A stretch of 64,000 bases of DNA, taken from positions 1,376,001 to 1,440,000 of the forward strand of contig OZ220744.1 in the NCBI GenBank assembly GCA_965116925.1, given 5' to 3'. Below the pieces are notes generated by a model. The model saw nothing but the letters and a program-made list of their open reading frames with translations. It searched no databases and was not told where the DNA came from. Origin of the DNA: Candidatus Poribacteria bacterium. GTDB lineage: Bacteria > Poribacteria > WGA-4E > PCPOR2b. Made by a program: the position numbers and the translations under genes. Shown piece by piece: positions 40,039 through 49,878 of this stretch (positions are counted from its first letter, which is position 1; each line of letters opens with the position of its first letter).

Positions 40039-41046
40039 TTGATTTTGAGAAGACTGATGTTCAAAATCGTTCTCATGTTCACCGCAATTTTCTGGATTGT
40101 GCCCCTATTGAGTCTTGCCAAAGCTGAGAAATGGGGTAAGAAAGCGGATATGCCAACCGCAAGATTCGCGCTATCCACCAGCACAGTGAGCGGCAAGATT
40201 TATGCCATTGGGGGGAGAGTGGGGAACACGCTTCTAGCTAAAACGGAAGAATATAATCCCTGGACCAACAAATGGACTAAGAAAGCGGATATGCCAACTC
40301 GACGGGAGGGATTTTCCACCAGTTTGGTGGTTGATAAAATTTATGCTATCGGCGGAGGGGACCTCGGCGGAATGCTTGCCGTCGTTGAAGCCTACGATCC
40401 AGCGACAAATACTTGGGCGCGAAAAGCAGATATGCCCACACCACGATGGGGACTGTCAACCAGTACCGTCAACGGGAAAATTTACGCCATTGGAGGCGAC
40501 GGGGTTGCGCTAACGGCGGTCGAGGTATATGACCCAACGACGAACACTTGGGGGCAGCGAGCAGACATGCCCACTCCAAGATGGGGATTATCAGCCAGTA
40601 CCGTCAACGGAAAGATTTATGCCATTGGTGGGACGCCAAACGGTCTTGAAAGCCTTCGCACCGTTGAAGTCTACGATCCGGCGACGAACAGTTGGGTACA
40701 AAAGGCAGACATGCCCACTCCACGATGGGGATTATCAGCCAGTACCGTCAACGGAAAGATTTATGCGGTTGGAGGCACACAAAATGGTCGTGATGGGCTT
40801 CAGAGCGTTGAAGTCTATGATCCGGTGACGGATACTTGGACGAAGGCACCAGATATGCCCACCCCAAGAGGAAATCTCGCTACCAGTGCCTTCAATGGGA
40901 AGGTTTACGCCATCGGGGGCTCACAGGGATTGCTGCGCCGTGCCCTTTCAACGGTGGAAGCGTATGATACAGGAGTGCCGCCTCAAAGTGCTCAATCGAT
41001 CGGAAAAATCGCTACAATATGGGGCAAGCTGAAAGTTGAGAGATGA
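40039..41046 (+). CDS. Secreted Kelch-repeat protein (six blades)
   Basis: Repeated ADMPTPR...GKIYAIGG...VEVYDP..W; signal peptide; GKIATIWGKLK tail. Confidence 0.95.
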   Translation: MILRRLMFKIVLMFTAIFWIVPLLSLAKAEKWGKKADMPTARFALSTSTVSGKIYAIGGRVGNTLLAKTEEYNPWTNKWTKKADMPTRREGFSTSLVVDKIYAIGGGDLGGMLAVVEAYDPATNTWARKADMPTPRWGLSTSTVNGKIYAIGGDGVALTAVEVYDPTTNTWGQRADMPTPRWGLSASTVNGKIYAIGGTPNGLESLRTVEVYDPATNSWVQKADMPTPRWGLSASTVNGKIYAVGGTQNGRDGLQSVEVYDPVTDTWTKAPDMPTPRGNLATSAFNGKVYAIGGSQGLLRRALSTVEAYDTGVPPQSAQSIGKIATIWGKLKVER

Positions 41047-41067
41047 TACAGATGCACAGCCTATCCT

Positions 41068-41862
41068 CTATCCTGTGTGAATTAAGCGTGACAGATATTG
41101 GTAAGCATCGGCGACGTACCGGGGCAGGTTTTCTGGATCTTCAACTTCTAACTCAACGGCAAGTGGGCCGCAGTAGTTGATGGCACGAAGTTCATGGATT
41201 AAGCCCGGCATATCAATTTCTCCCTGTCCAATCGGGACGGATTGAGAGCCGATGTGATCTTTCACATGGACGTTGTAGATACGGTCAGGGTATTTGCGGA
41301 TGAGCCCTTTCCAGTCTACACCTGCCTCGTGAAAATGTCCCGTATCAATCGTAATGCCGATTTGCTCCGTGGTGATATGGGCGAAGATTTCATCGTAATC
41401 CGTCTCATTTTGAAATTGAGATCCCACGTGCGGCTCCAACGCCACTTTCACGGGCAGGTCAGAAATTGCTTTAACAAGTTTGCCAAGCCCAGCGAGCGTA
41501 TGTTTCAAACCGTCAGTTTGTCGCTTACCTCCCGAAAACACAAGCAGTGGACACTTGAGTTTGACAGCTGCTTGAGCGTTAAACAGTAAATCTTCGACAC
41601 AACTTTCTGCTGCCTCGACGGAGTCGGTAGAAATCGCTGACGCGTAAACCTCTGTCAACCCTTTCAGTCCTGCTTCGGCTGCCTGACGCTGAAGTCCTTC
41701 TGTATCTAACCACCGGATAAGTCCAGGCGTCCAAGTGATTGGTCCCGCCAATCCCCAGTAAGTATACCCCGTCTTCGGTGCATGTTTGAACGTTTCCGAG
41801 ATTTCATCCAGAGGCGGATTTCGTAACGCGCAGGTTGTACAAGATAGAATTATTTCGCTCAT
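41068..41862 (-). CDS. Sugar phosphate isomerase/epimerase
   Basis: LEPH, DTGH, HVKD and VELE motifs. Confidence 0.88.
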   Translation of the reverse strand: MSEIILSCTTCALRNPPLDEISETFKHAPKTGYTYWGLAGPITWTPGLIRWLDTEGLQRQAAEAGLKGLTEVYASAISTDSVEAAESCVEDLLFNAQAAVKLKCPLLVFSGGKRQTDGLKHTLAGLGKLVKAISDLPVKVALEPHVGSQFQNETDYDEIFAHITTEQIGITIDTGHFHEAGVDWKGLIRKYPDRIYNVHVKDHIGSQSVPIGQGEIDMPGLIHELRAINYCGPLAVELEVEDPENLPRYVADAYQYLSRLIHTG

Positions 41863-41947
41863 AAGCTTTCCTTAAATTGATTAGGTTTGTGCTGAATTTC
41901 TGATTTTGACTTGCTTGTTCACCTATTTCTGGCGTTGCTGATTTCCG

Positions 41948-41975
41948 TTGACACCACCCGACAAATCTGTATAAT
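41948..41975 (+). promoter_or_regulatory. Sigma70-like promoter for the PoK/PPS pair
   Basis: TTGACA-N16-TATAAT. Confidence 0.65.
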
Positions 41976-42043
41976 ATTCGGCGACAAATATGCTAAAATC
42001 ACTGAACCAATCTCAACGGAAACAAGGTTAAAACAGCGAAAAT

Positions 42044-42883
42044 ATGAAACAGGCGAAAGCATTCGCACCCGGCAACCTCTCTTGCGTATTCAAGATCATC
42101 CCTCACCCAGAAGCAACCAAGATGCACTCGCTCGGCATGGGGTTTACCATTACAGAAGGCGTTGTTGTAACGGTTACCCAGCATAGCAGCCAGACCACCG
42201 TCCAATTTAATGACAGCAAGATCCATTTCCCCACCGTTATATCAGTTGCCCAAAAATTGACACATCAACCAATGCAGGTAGAAATCCATTCTCCCCTACC
42301 GCTTGGATGCGGGTTTGGTTTGAGTGGAGCAGCTTCGCTCGCTACAGCGTACGCGCTTAATGCCCTACTAGGATTAGGCAAATCCGAAGAAGAACTAGCG
42401 ATGACCGCTCATGTGGCTGAAGTGGAGAATCGAACGGGTTTGGGAGATGTCTGCGCCCAATATCACGGTGGTTGTCTCGTTAAGTTAAAGATAGGCTATC
42501 CCCTCGCTGCGGAACGCCTACCGATTCCTGAACAACCAATCTACTACCGATATTTCAGCTCCATCCAGACGAAAACCATCCTCGAAAACACCGAGCGGAG
42601 AGAACGTATCAACAGAGCAGCAGATGAAACATTGCAAGCTTTAGAAAAGCTGACGAAATCGGATACGGTTGACTTTAACGCCTGTATTCAATTGTCCAAA
42701 CAGTTCTCTCTAAACAGCGGGCTGTTAGAAGATAAGCGTGTACAGGGAACCATCCGCGAAATCGAGGAGGGGGGCGGGGTTGCGTCTATGATTATGTTGG
42801 GAAATGCGGTATTTAGCACCCATCCTTTTGAAGGAGCGACCGAAACAACGCTGTCTGAAGGCGAAAAGGGGAGGCTATTATGA
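42044..42883 (+). CDS. pok: Pantoate kinase (archaeal-type GHMP kinase)
   Basis: AFAPG, PLGCGFGLSGA, AHVAEV...TGLGDV and SMIMLGNAVF motifs; coupled to PPS. Confidence 0.88.
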   Translation: MKQAKAFAPGNLSCVFKIIPHPEATKMHSLGMGFTITEGVVVTVTQHSSQTTVQFNDSKIHFPTVISVAQKLTHQPMQVEIHSPLPLGCGFGLSGAASLATAYALNALLGLGKSEEELAMTAHVAEVENRTGLGDVCAQYHGGCLVKLKIGYPLAAERLPIPEQPIYYRYFSSIQTKTILENTERRERINRAADETLQALEKLTKSDTVDFNACIQLSKQFSLNSGLLEDKRVQGTIREIEEGGGVASMIMLGNAVFSTHPFEGATETTLSEGEKGRLL

Positions 42884-43617
42884 GCGATGTTCCTGAGAGC
42901 CATCCTCGGTATGCGTCGCTGAAACTGCGAGATGTCATTGTCGCCGGTGTGGAGAGTGGGGTGACCTCTATCCACGGCTTGATGGCGCATGGTCGTGGCG
43001 AAGCCTTCGACTACCTCATCGGCGAACAAACACAACCCTTTGCTATGGACGCAATTCGCGCCGGAGCAGCCACCCTTCTGCTTGCCGAACATCCCGTAAT
43101 CTCGGTTAATGGAAATGTTGCGGCATTAACGCCCGGTGAATTGGTGACGTTCGCAAACGTCCTCAAAGCCCCATTAGAGGTGAATATCTTCCACGCCTCG
43201 AAAGCACGGGAGGATGCGATACGAGAGCATCTCGCAAAACACGGGGCGGTTCGCGTTTTAATGCCTACAACGGAAGTGCAACTTTCGTTTATTGACTCAA
43301 ATCGGAAGTTCGTCCATCCAGAGGGAATTTTTCGCGCCGATGTGGTGTTCGTTCCTCTTGAGGATGGCGACCGCTGCGAAGCGTTGCGGAAGATGGGCAA
43401 AACAGTAGTGACAGTTGACCTTAACCCCATGTCTCGGACCGCTAAACAGGCAGGCGTAACCATTGTGGATAATGTGGTGCGAGCTTTGCCGCTGCTGATT
43501 CAGAAGGTTAAAAAGCTGCAAAAAGCATCTCCCTCTGAGTTAAGGAAAATAATCTCCGAATATAGCAACGACAAGGCTCTGCAAGCGGCAGTCCAATGGA
43601 TTCGCCGAGAGCGATAA
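42880..43617 (+). CDS. pps: Phosphopantothenate synthetase (4-phosphopantoate--beta-alanine ligase, archaeal type)
   Basis: HPRY.SL, AHGRGEAFDYLIGE, ISVNGN, VPLEDGDR and DLNPMSRT motifs. Confidence 0.93.
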   Translation: MSDVPESHPRYASLKLRDVIVAGVESGVTSIHGLMAHGRGEAFDYLIGEQTQPFAMDAIRAGAATLLLAEHPVISVNGNVAALTPGELVTFANVLKAPLEVNIFHASKAREDAIREHLAKHGAVRVLMPTTEVQLSFIDSNRKFVHPEGIFRADVVFVPLEDGDRCEALRKMGKTVVTVDLNPMSRTAKQAGVTIVDNVVRALPLLIQKVKKLQKASPSELRKIISEYSNDKALQAAVQWIRRER

Positions 43618-43620
43618 ATT

Positions 43621-44637
43621 TTACGCTCCGCCAACCTCCTCATTTGCCCGTTTGACGAGTGCGTTCATGTAGGCGATAGTGTAGGCTGTTCCGCTTCGAT
43701 CTCCCACCATAGACGGAACGTGGTCTGGAATCGCAACGCCCTTGAAGTTTACCTCACGCATCACCTTCATCACTTGGTACATGTCCTGATAACCGTTGTC
43801 CACAAAGGTCTCGACAAAGTGCGGCAGCGGCTGGTCCACATTGCGGAAATGCACCTTAAAGACCTTGCCCCATTCGCCGAAGAAGCGCATGGATTCTAGG
43901 ACATCCTTGCCCATCAGCTCGCCTCCCTCTAGCCAACAACCGACACAGAGACACATACCAACGTTGGGACTGTCAGCGATTTCAAGGGCGCGTTTGTAAC
44001 CCTCAAAGCTGCTGAAGATACAACGTGGGATGCCCGCTAGCCTTGGCACAGGTGGGTCATCGGGATGGATGCCAATCATCACTCCGGCTTCCTCCGCCAC
44101 CGGCGCGGCTTCCTTGATGAAATGAGTGTAGTTATCCCAGATCTCCTGCTCCGAATATTCGCGTCCATGTGAGAGCGGCATCTGATAGGTCTTCTCTCGC
44201 CAATGTCCTTCTTGTGCTTTGTCTAGGTCAAATCCTCTCGCACTCGCACCGCCGCGGGTGGTTTCACGTTCTGTGCTCCAGATACCGTTGCCCATGTGAG
44301 CGTAGGTCGTGTACGGAATTCCGGCACGACCCAGATCGCGGATATACCGTTTGTACTGCTCGACTTTCGCATCACGGTTAGGCAAGTTCAGCACAATTGC
44401 GTCCTGATTGTGGACATCGCTGTTGCCGAAGCCGTAGATTTTTAATCCGGCGTTCTCGAAAATTTCCCGTCGGCTCATGAAGTAGTCGTAATTGGCGTGT
44501 TCGCCATCCGTCCAGAGTACCACATATTCGACCCCCATCTGCCTAGTGAATTGTAGATCCTCCTCGGTCGGTTCGGGGGACATCTGCGCGGTTACTTTGA
44601 TGCCCGGCTCGATGTTATCCATTGGGTGTTTTGCCAT
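43621..44637 (-). CDS. uxuA: Mannonate dehydratase family protein
   Basis: HPDDPP, HFRNV and PDHVP motifs. Confidence 0.82.
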   Translation of the reverse strand: MAKHPMDNIEPGIKVTAQMSPEPTEEDLQFTRQMGVEYVVLWTDGEHANYDYFMSRREIFENAGLKIYGFGNSDVHNQDAIVLNLPNRDAKVEQYKRYIRDLGRAGIPYTTYAHMGNGIWSTERETTRGGASARGFDLDKAQEGHWREKTYQMPLSHGREYSEQEIWDNYTHFIKEAAPVAEEAGVMIGIHPDDPPVPRLAGIPRCIFSSFEGYKRALEIADSPNVGMCLCVGCWLEGGELMGKDVLESMRFFGEWGKVFKVHFRNVDQPLPHFVETFVDNGYQDMYQVMKVMREVNFKGVAIPDHVPSMVGDRSGTAYTIAYMNALVKRANEEVGGA

Positions 44638-44755
44638 GATTACATTCTCCTAGATGTGAAACGTGAAACGTAAAACGTGATAGATAGAGAAAAATTTCAT
44701 TTCATTGACTGTAACCCGGTTATTAGATTTTACTTTCAGAATTTCAGTCAGAATA

Positions 44756-45101
44756 CTATTTTGACATAAGTTGCTGGTAGTAGGCATATTGCTCTGAATC
44801 CCGATCCTATCGGGGATCCGTATACCGTAACTCTTGTGCATACGATAGGGCGATAGTGCTTGCCTGCCACTGTGGATAACACGTAGGTTGGGTTGAACGA
44901 AAACAGGCAAAAATCACAACCGTTACAACTCGATGCTGATGTACAATTCTCATTCAAATCTCAAAAATCGGAGTGAAACCCAACACTTGATGCTACCTAC
45001 AGAGCATCCATTTGGATAGGTGTTTGAGGTATCCGAATCAGATTTCTCAATTTCGTTCAACCCAACCTACGAATTATAACCGGCAACTTACGTTATTTTA
45101 G
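44756..45101. mobile_element. MITE-like element enclosing a REPIN (44882-45071)
   Basis: Outer imperfect TIRs (TAAGTTGC core); inner perfect 21-bp IR CGTAGGTTGGGTTGAACGAAA. Confidence 0.65.
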
Positions 45102-45129
45102 CAGAAACCGAAGGTGGGGTCAATATCAA

Positions 45130-45244
45130 ATGGGTTTTAAGAAATTAAACGGGTAATTCTATATTTCCCCAGACCCGGTAGGTGCGGTTTGCAACCGCAC
45201 CGGACATCGCTCGGAAATTACCCAATTAATAAATTAATCTTCAT
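45130..45244. mobile_element. MITE family B (IS630-derived ends) carrying an intact REP
   Basis: Right end matches the IS630 TIR at 54426 in 27 of 28 positions; internal GGTAGGTGCGGTTTGCAACCGCACC; flanks AATATCAA / TTGATATT. Confidence 0.8.
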
Positions 45245-45266
45245 TTGATATTTTCGCCGTGCTACT

Positions 45267-46160
45267 TCAATCAACATTCTGGAGAGGCACCAAACGCAGC
45301 GCATTTTGGTAAAAAATCTGGTTCGCCACCTCGTTAGGTAGTTCCAGTCCACCCAGAAATAGTTGTAGTGCCTGACCGTGTTGGTCACGACCAAAAAGTA
45401 AACGGTCTGCATAACGGGCAAGAAACTTCCGTGCATGGTCTATATCCCGCTGTAACGCACCTAGGCCTGATCCGGCAGACAGATCTGCGTAGAGGTTGGG
45501 ATAGGTATCAAGAAGTCGTTGTACCTGCCCCCCGGGTGTAATCGGTCCACGCGGGTATGTGGCCGGATCACTGTCGGCATCACCGCTGATATACCGCCAG
45601 AAACCGGGGGCATGACCGATGAAAATTGTTTCGGGGCACGCCTGCAAGGCACGTTCCAAAGGACCGACGCCACCACCGTACCAGTAAGTTTGGTAAACTT
45701 GCTTACCGTTCTCGTCCGGCAAATAAGGCACGTCCAGGTGTAACACCACTGGACACTTGAGTTCGCCAGCTTTGTGGAACAGTTCCAATGCGCGCGGGTC
45801 GTCCAACAACATGCGATAGCTCCACTCTCCACAGACCCGGACCCCGTGCATGTGATAGGCAGCTTCAAACAGTGCCGGTGCATCTCCTTCAGATGGGCAT
45901 GGACAATAGCCGGCGATAAAGCGATCCGTATATAGGTCTCGCGCATCTAGTAATTCATCTAACGTAGCACCTGCATGTGTGCCGTCCGGTCGGATATTGC
46001 AGGGGTTGAAGGCACGGCAACTGCCCGGCGCATTTTCCGCCGGTGGATGATACCAAGTTAGCAGCCAAGTTACATCAATCCCAAATTCATCCATTTCCGC
46101 GATCACCCCTGCGGGATTGAGACCGTGGTAGTATGCGTGTTGGTGTGAGTCAATAATCAT
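45267..46160 (-). CDS. Amidohydrolase_2 family protein
   Basis: IIDSHQH, VVLH, IGHA and LLFGRD motifs; start after GGAGG. Confidence 0.88.
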   Translation of the reverse strand: MIIDSHQHAYYHGLNPAGVIAEMDEFGIDVTWLLTWYHPPAENAPGSCRAFNPCNIRPDGTHAGATLDELLDARDLYTDRFIAGYCPCPSEGDAPALFEAAYHMHGVRVCGEWSYRMLLDDPRALELFHKAGELKCPVVLHLDVPYLPDENGKQVYQTYWYGGGVGPLERALQACPETIFIGHAPGFWRYISGDADSDPATYPRGPITPGGQVQRLLDTYPNLYADLSAGSGLGALQRDIDHARKFLARYADRLLFGRDQHGQALQLFLGGLELPNEVANQIFYQNALRLVPLQNVD

Positions 46161-46339
46161 GTTGTCCTCCGTCCATTCTGGTTCCGGGTTGAAATGGAAT
46201 AAATGCCTGCATTGTGTCACTTTTTTGTTGTTCTAAAATTCCACCTGTGATAAGATGATAGCATAGTTGGAGTAAACTACCACCAAATTTTTCCCGCCGG
46301 TCCCTATTTTCATGGAGATTGGTCTTTTAGGAAATAAAC

Positions 46340-47293
46340 ATGAGAATACTGATCCATTTTTCCTTCGACGAAGCGCAGATCGAAACCTTCCAACAGATTG
46401 CACAAGAATATGGCGACCACGAAGTTTGCCACGCCACCAGTGAAGAAGAAGCCCTCCAGTTTGCATCTGAGACAGAAGTTATACTGGGGCTTTTCCTCCC
46501 CTCGGTTTGTGCGGCTGCCCCGAACCTACGTTGGATTCAATCCAATAGCGCGGGCATGGATAATTTTCTGTTCCCAGAAATCATTGAGAGAGATGATGTG
46601 ACAGTCACCAACATGGCAGGACTCTATGCAAGCCAAGGCGGTGAACACGCATGGGCACTGCTCCTATCCCTAGCACGAGGTATTCCGCATGTTATGGGCA
46701 GTGAGGGACGCCGTGCATGGCGGATGCCAGTGGTTGAACTGACAGGTAGTACCCTTGGTATTATCGGTTTGGGTGGCTTCGGTATGGAAATGGTGAAGCG
46801 GGCTCGCGGTTACGATATGGCGATCATAGCAATCGATCCGGTGCGCCAGGACAAACCGGACGAGGTCGCTGAACTGAAACCTGCAACGCGCGAAAATCTG
46901 CACGACCTACTTAGGCGTTCTGACTCCGTTATGCTCGCTTGTCCCAAAACCCCGGAGACCTATCATCTGATTGGAAACGAGGAACTCGCTGCGATGAAAC
47001 AGACCGCCTACCTAGTCAACGTCACTCGCGGCGGTATTATTGATGAAGATGCCCTCGTTAGTGCACTGAAGAATGGCGAGATTGCCGGTGCTGGCTTAGA
47101 TGTGACCGAAATTGAACCGCCCCCGCCAGAGAGTCCACTTTGGGATGCCCCTAACCTAATTATCACTCCGCACCGCGCGGGTTCCTCCCAACACCGTCCA
47201 CGTAAGACTTTTGAATTTTTCTGCGAGAACTTGGAACGTTACCTGAAAGGGGAACCGCTGCGGAACGTTGTCGGTAAGAGGCGTGGGTTCTAA
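46340..47293 (+). CDS. D-2-hydroxyacid dehydrogenase
   Basis: GLGGFG, NVTRG, LDV.E.EP and TPH motifs. Confidence 0.93.
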   Translation: MRILIHFSFDEAQIETFQQIAQEYGDHEVCHATSEEEALQFASETEVILGLFLPSVCAAAPNLRWIQSNSAGMDNFLFPEIIERDDVTVTNMAGLYASQGGEHAWALLLSLARGIPHVMGSEGRRAWRMPVVELTGSTLGIIGLGGFGMEMVKRARGYDMAIIAIDPVRQDKPDEVAELKPATRENLHDLLRRSDSVMLACPKTPETYHLIGNEELAAMKQTAYLVNVTRGGIIDEDALVSALKNGEIAGAGLDVTEIEPPPPESPLWDAPNLIITPHRAGSSQHRPRKTFEFFCENLERYLKGEPLRNVVGKRRGF

Positions 47294-47367
47294 TTGTCGC
47301 TTATTTTAACAGAATCTCAAAGGCGGATTAATATCCATTCAGAAAAGTTGTTGTATCCTGTTTCCTT

Positions 47368-47396
47368 TTGACAGCCTTGCGATACGGTGCTATAAT
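47368..47396 (+). promoter_or_regulatory. Consensus sigma70 promoter with extended -10
   Basis: TTGACA-N17-TATAAT, with TG two bases before the -10 box. Confidence 0.82.
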
Positions 47397-47464
47397 CGCA
47401 GCTATTAATGATGTTCTCATCTATGGAAACAAACGCATCGCACCAAAAGACTGGAGGTTACAAT

Positions 47465-48361
47465 ATGAAAGGGCAAAGAATCTTTTGTCCATCCCCGGTG
47501 GTTCAAGGGTTAGTTATACTGGTTTTTGTGCTAGGGTGTGGCCTTAATGCCTTTGCACAAGAGGCAACTACAACCGAAGATACCCGATTGTTTGACACCG
47601 CCAAAATATGGATTTTTCTTGCTGTGATCCTGTACTCAGCCACAGTAGTCTATTGTATCTACCATGCTCGGAGTGGAAAGGAACTGTTTATCCGCCGTAT
47701 TCCCGGACTTGAAGCGGTGGATGAGGCGATTGGTCGAGCAACGGAGATGGGGCGTTCAATTATGTACATCCTCGGCCTGGGAGGGGTCAGCAATGTCGCA
47801 ACCATCGCGAGTATGAACATCCTCAGCCAAGTGGCACAGAAGACTGCGGATTATGAAACGCCGCTGCGAGTCCCGTGCAATGATCCCATTGTAATGAATG
47901 TAGTTCGGGAGATGGTGCGAACTGCTTATCTCAATGAAGGACGACCTGATGCCTACAATGAGGAGAACATCTTCTTCCTCACAGAAAGTCAATTCGCCTA
48001 TGCTGCGGGTGTTGATGGAATGATGGTTCGGGAAGAGCCGGCGGCGGTTTTTCTGCAAGGTTCGTTCTTCGCCGAATCGTTGATTTTGGCGGAAACCGGC
48101 AATTCCATCGGCGCAATCCAGATCGCGGGAACCGACAAGGAGCACCAACTACCGTTCTTCATCGCCGCGTGTGACTATACACTGATTGGTGAAGAACTAT
48201 ACGCAGCTAGCGCGTACTTATCCCGTGAACCGATGCTGCTCGGTAGTCTCAAGGGGCAAGATTACGGCAAGGTAATGATTTTTGGTGCTATCGTGATTGG
48301 CGTCATTCTCGAACTTTTCGGGATTACTTGGATGACGACCTTCTTCCAGCGAGTTAAGTAG
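47465..48361 (+). CDS. DUF6754-like membrane protein
   Basis: IRRIPGLEAVDEAIGRATEMGR and DYTLIGEELYAASAYL motifs; GGAGG RBS. Confidence 0.8.
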   Translation: MKGQRIFCPSPVVQGLVILVFVLGCGLNAFAQEATTTEDTRLFDTAKIWIFLAVILYSATVVYCIYHARSGKELFIRRIPGLEAVDEAIGRATEMGRSIMYILGLGGVSNVATIASMNILSQVAQKTADYETPLRVPCNDPIVMNVVREMVRTAYLNEGRPDAYNEENIFFLTESQFAYAAGVDGMMVREEPAAVFLQGSFFAESLILAETGNSIGAIQIAGTDKEHQLPFFIAACDYTLIGEELYAASAYLSREPMLLGSLKGQDYGKVMIFGAIVIGVILELFGITWMTTFFQRVK

Positions 48362-48391
48362 CGTTTTACGTTTCACGCTTCAGGAGGTGTT

Positions 48392-49042
48392 ATGAGACGA
48401 CAAGTTCCGTTAATTCTTTGTTTCGCCTTTGGTATTGTGATGGCACTTACCGAATTTAGCCCGCACCCATTTTCTCAGGGGCTCAACAAGGAGGTCATCG
48501 ATTGGGCATTGGTTATCGGTCCATTCGCACTTGTACTAGCTGTCGCAACCTTGGTGCAGACCCACTGGGTCCGCATCCGTCGGCGTAGTGAATATTGGCA
48601 ATATAGCTTTCTGGTCTTCATTGGAATGATCGTTATGGTTGCGATTGGCATTCCGTTTGGTCAAAGGCATCCGGCTTTTGTGTGGATGTTTGAAAACGTG
48701 CAAGTGCCAATGGATGCAACGATGTTTTCACTTCTCGCATTTTTTATCGCCTCTGCTGCCTATCGTGCTTTTCGGGCCCGCACCCTTGAGGCGACCCTGC
48801 TACTTGCTGCGGCACTAGTTGTCATGATTGGGAATGCCCCCGTTGGGGATCTCATCTGGAACACGATAATGCCATTTGGAGATAACTTGCCTTCTGCAGC
48901 ACGGCAGTGGATTTTAGATAATCCGAATCTCTCCGCACGACGGGGGATTATTCTTGGCATCAGTCTCGGTGTGATTTCTCAGTCAATTCGTATCATCTTG
49001 GGTATTGAACGTTCATATCTCGGAGGCGTAGAAGGAGATTAA
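48392..49042 (+). CDS. Conserved hypothetical membrane protein (operon gene 2)
   Basis: About six TM helices, SLLAFFIASAAYRAFR and C-terminal LGIER. Confidence 0.8.
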   Translation: MRRQVPLILCFAFGIVMALTEFSPHPFSQGLNKEVIDWALVIGPFALVLAVATLVQTHWVRIRRRSEYWQYSFLVFIGMIVMVAIGIPFGQRHPAFVWMFENVQVPMDATMFSLLAFFIASAAYRAFRARTLEATLLLAAALVVMIGNAPVGDLIWNTIMPFGDNLPSAARQWILDNPNLSARRGIILGISLGVISQSIRIILGIERSYLGGVEGD

Positions 49043-49045
49043 AAA

Positions 49046-49861
49046 ATGATCGAAAAACTAATGAACATAGATCGGCGAATTGTCTTCATTTTGGTTGCAT
49101 TGGCGGTGATCATTCCTTCCTTGCTGTCAGTCAGTTTTCCTATCACTGTTTCACAACCGACGCGTAGTACCTACGACTATATTGAAGCACTGCCCGCCGG
49201 TTCAACCCTCATGATTGGATTTAACTACGGTCCCTCGTCGTTAGCAGAACTCCACCCGATGGCAAAAGCGGTGATACACCACTGTTTTCGGAATAAGATT
49301 CGGATTATTGGCATGACGCTTCTGGCGGAAGGGGCAACGTTGGGAGATGGAATGTTGTCGGAGACCGCCGCCGAAGCGGGAGCGGTTTATGGTGAAGATT
49401 ACGTCTATCTGGGCTTTCGGCCGGGGGCAACACAGGTGCTCCTAGGAATGGGTACGGCAATTGATTCCGTTTTTGAAGCCGATTATGCCGAAACCCCACT
49501 CGCGGAAATTCCCATGATGACGGATATTAAAAATTATGATCAGATTGATCTGGTTCTCGATTTGGCATCGGGCAGCTCCACGGAATGGTGGATTGTTTAT
49601 ACAAACACAAGGTATAACCAGCAGATAGCCGCGGGTGTGACTGGTGTGATTGTGTCGCAAATGTACCCGTACTTACAGACAAAGCAGCTAATCGGTTTGA
49701 TGCCCGGCCTCTTAGGTGCTGCAGAGTATGAAAAGCTAATTGGGAAACCCGCAAAAGGAACCGAAGGCATGAGCATCCAATCCTTCGCACATCTACTGGT
49801 TGTCGGGCTTGTGATTCTAGGTAATATCGCCTTCTTTATCCAACGGCGTCAAGCTGAATAA
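49046..49861 (+). CDS. Conserved hypothetical membrane-anchored protein (operon gene 3)
   Basis: TM helices at both ends; YGEDYVYLG and YPY...GLLGAAEYE motifs. Confidence 0.8.
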   Translation: MIEKLMNIDRRIVFILVALAVIIPSLLSVSFPITVSQPTRSTYDYIEALPAGSTLMIGFNYGPSSLAELHPMAKAVIHHCFRNKIRIIGMTLLAEGATLGDGMLSETAAEAGAVYGEDYVYLGFRPGATQVLLGMGTAIDSVFEADYAETPLAEIPMMTDIKNYDQIDLVLDLASGSSTEWWIVYTNTRYNQQIAAGVTGVIVSQMYPYLQTKQLIGLMPGLLGAAEYEKLIGKPAKGTEGMSIQSFAHLLVVGLVILGNIAFFIQRRQAE

Positions 49862-49878
49862 AACAGGAGGTTTCATAC

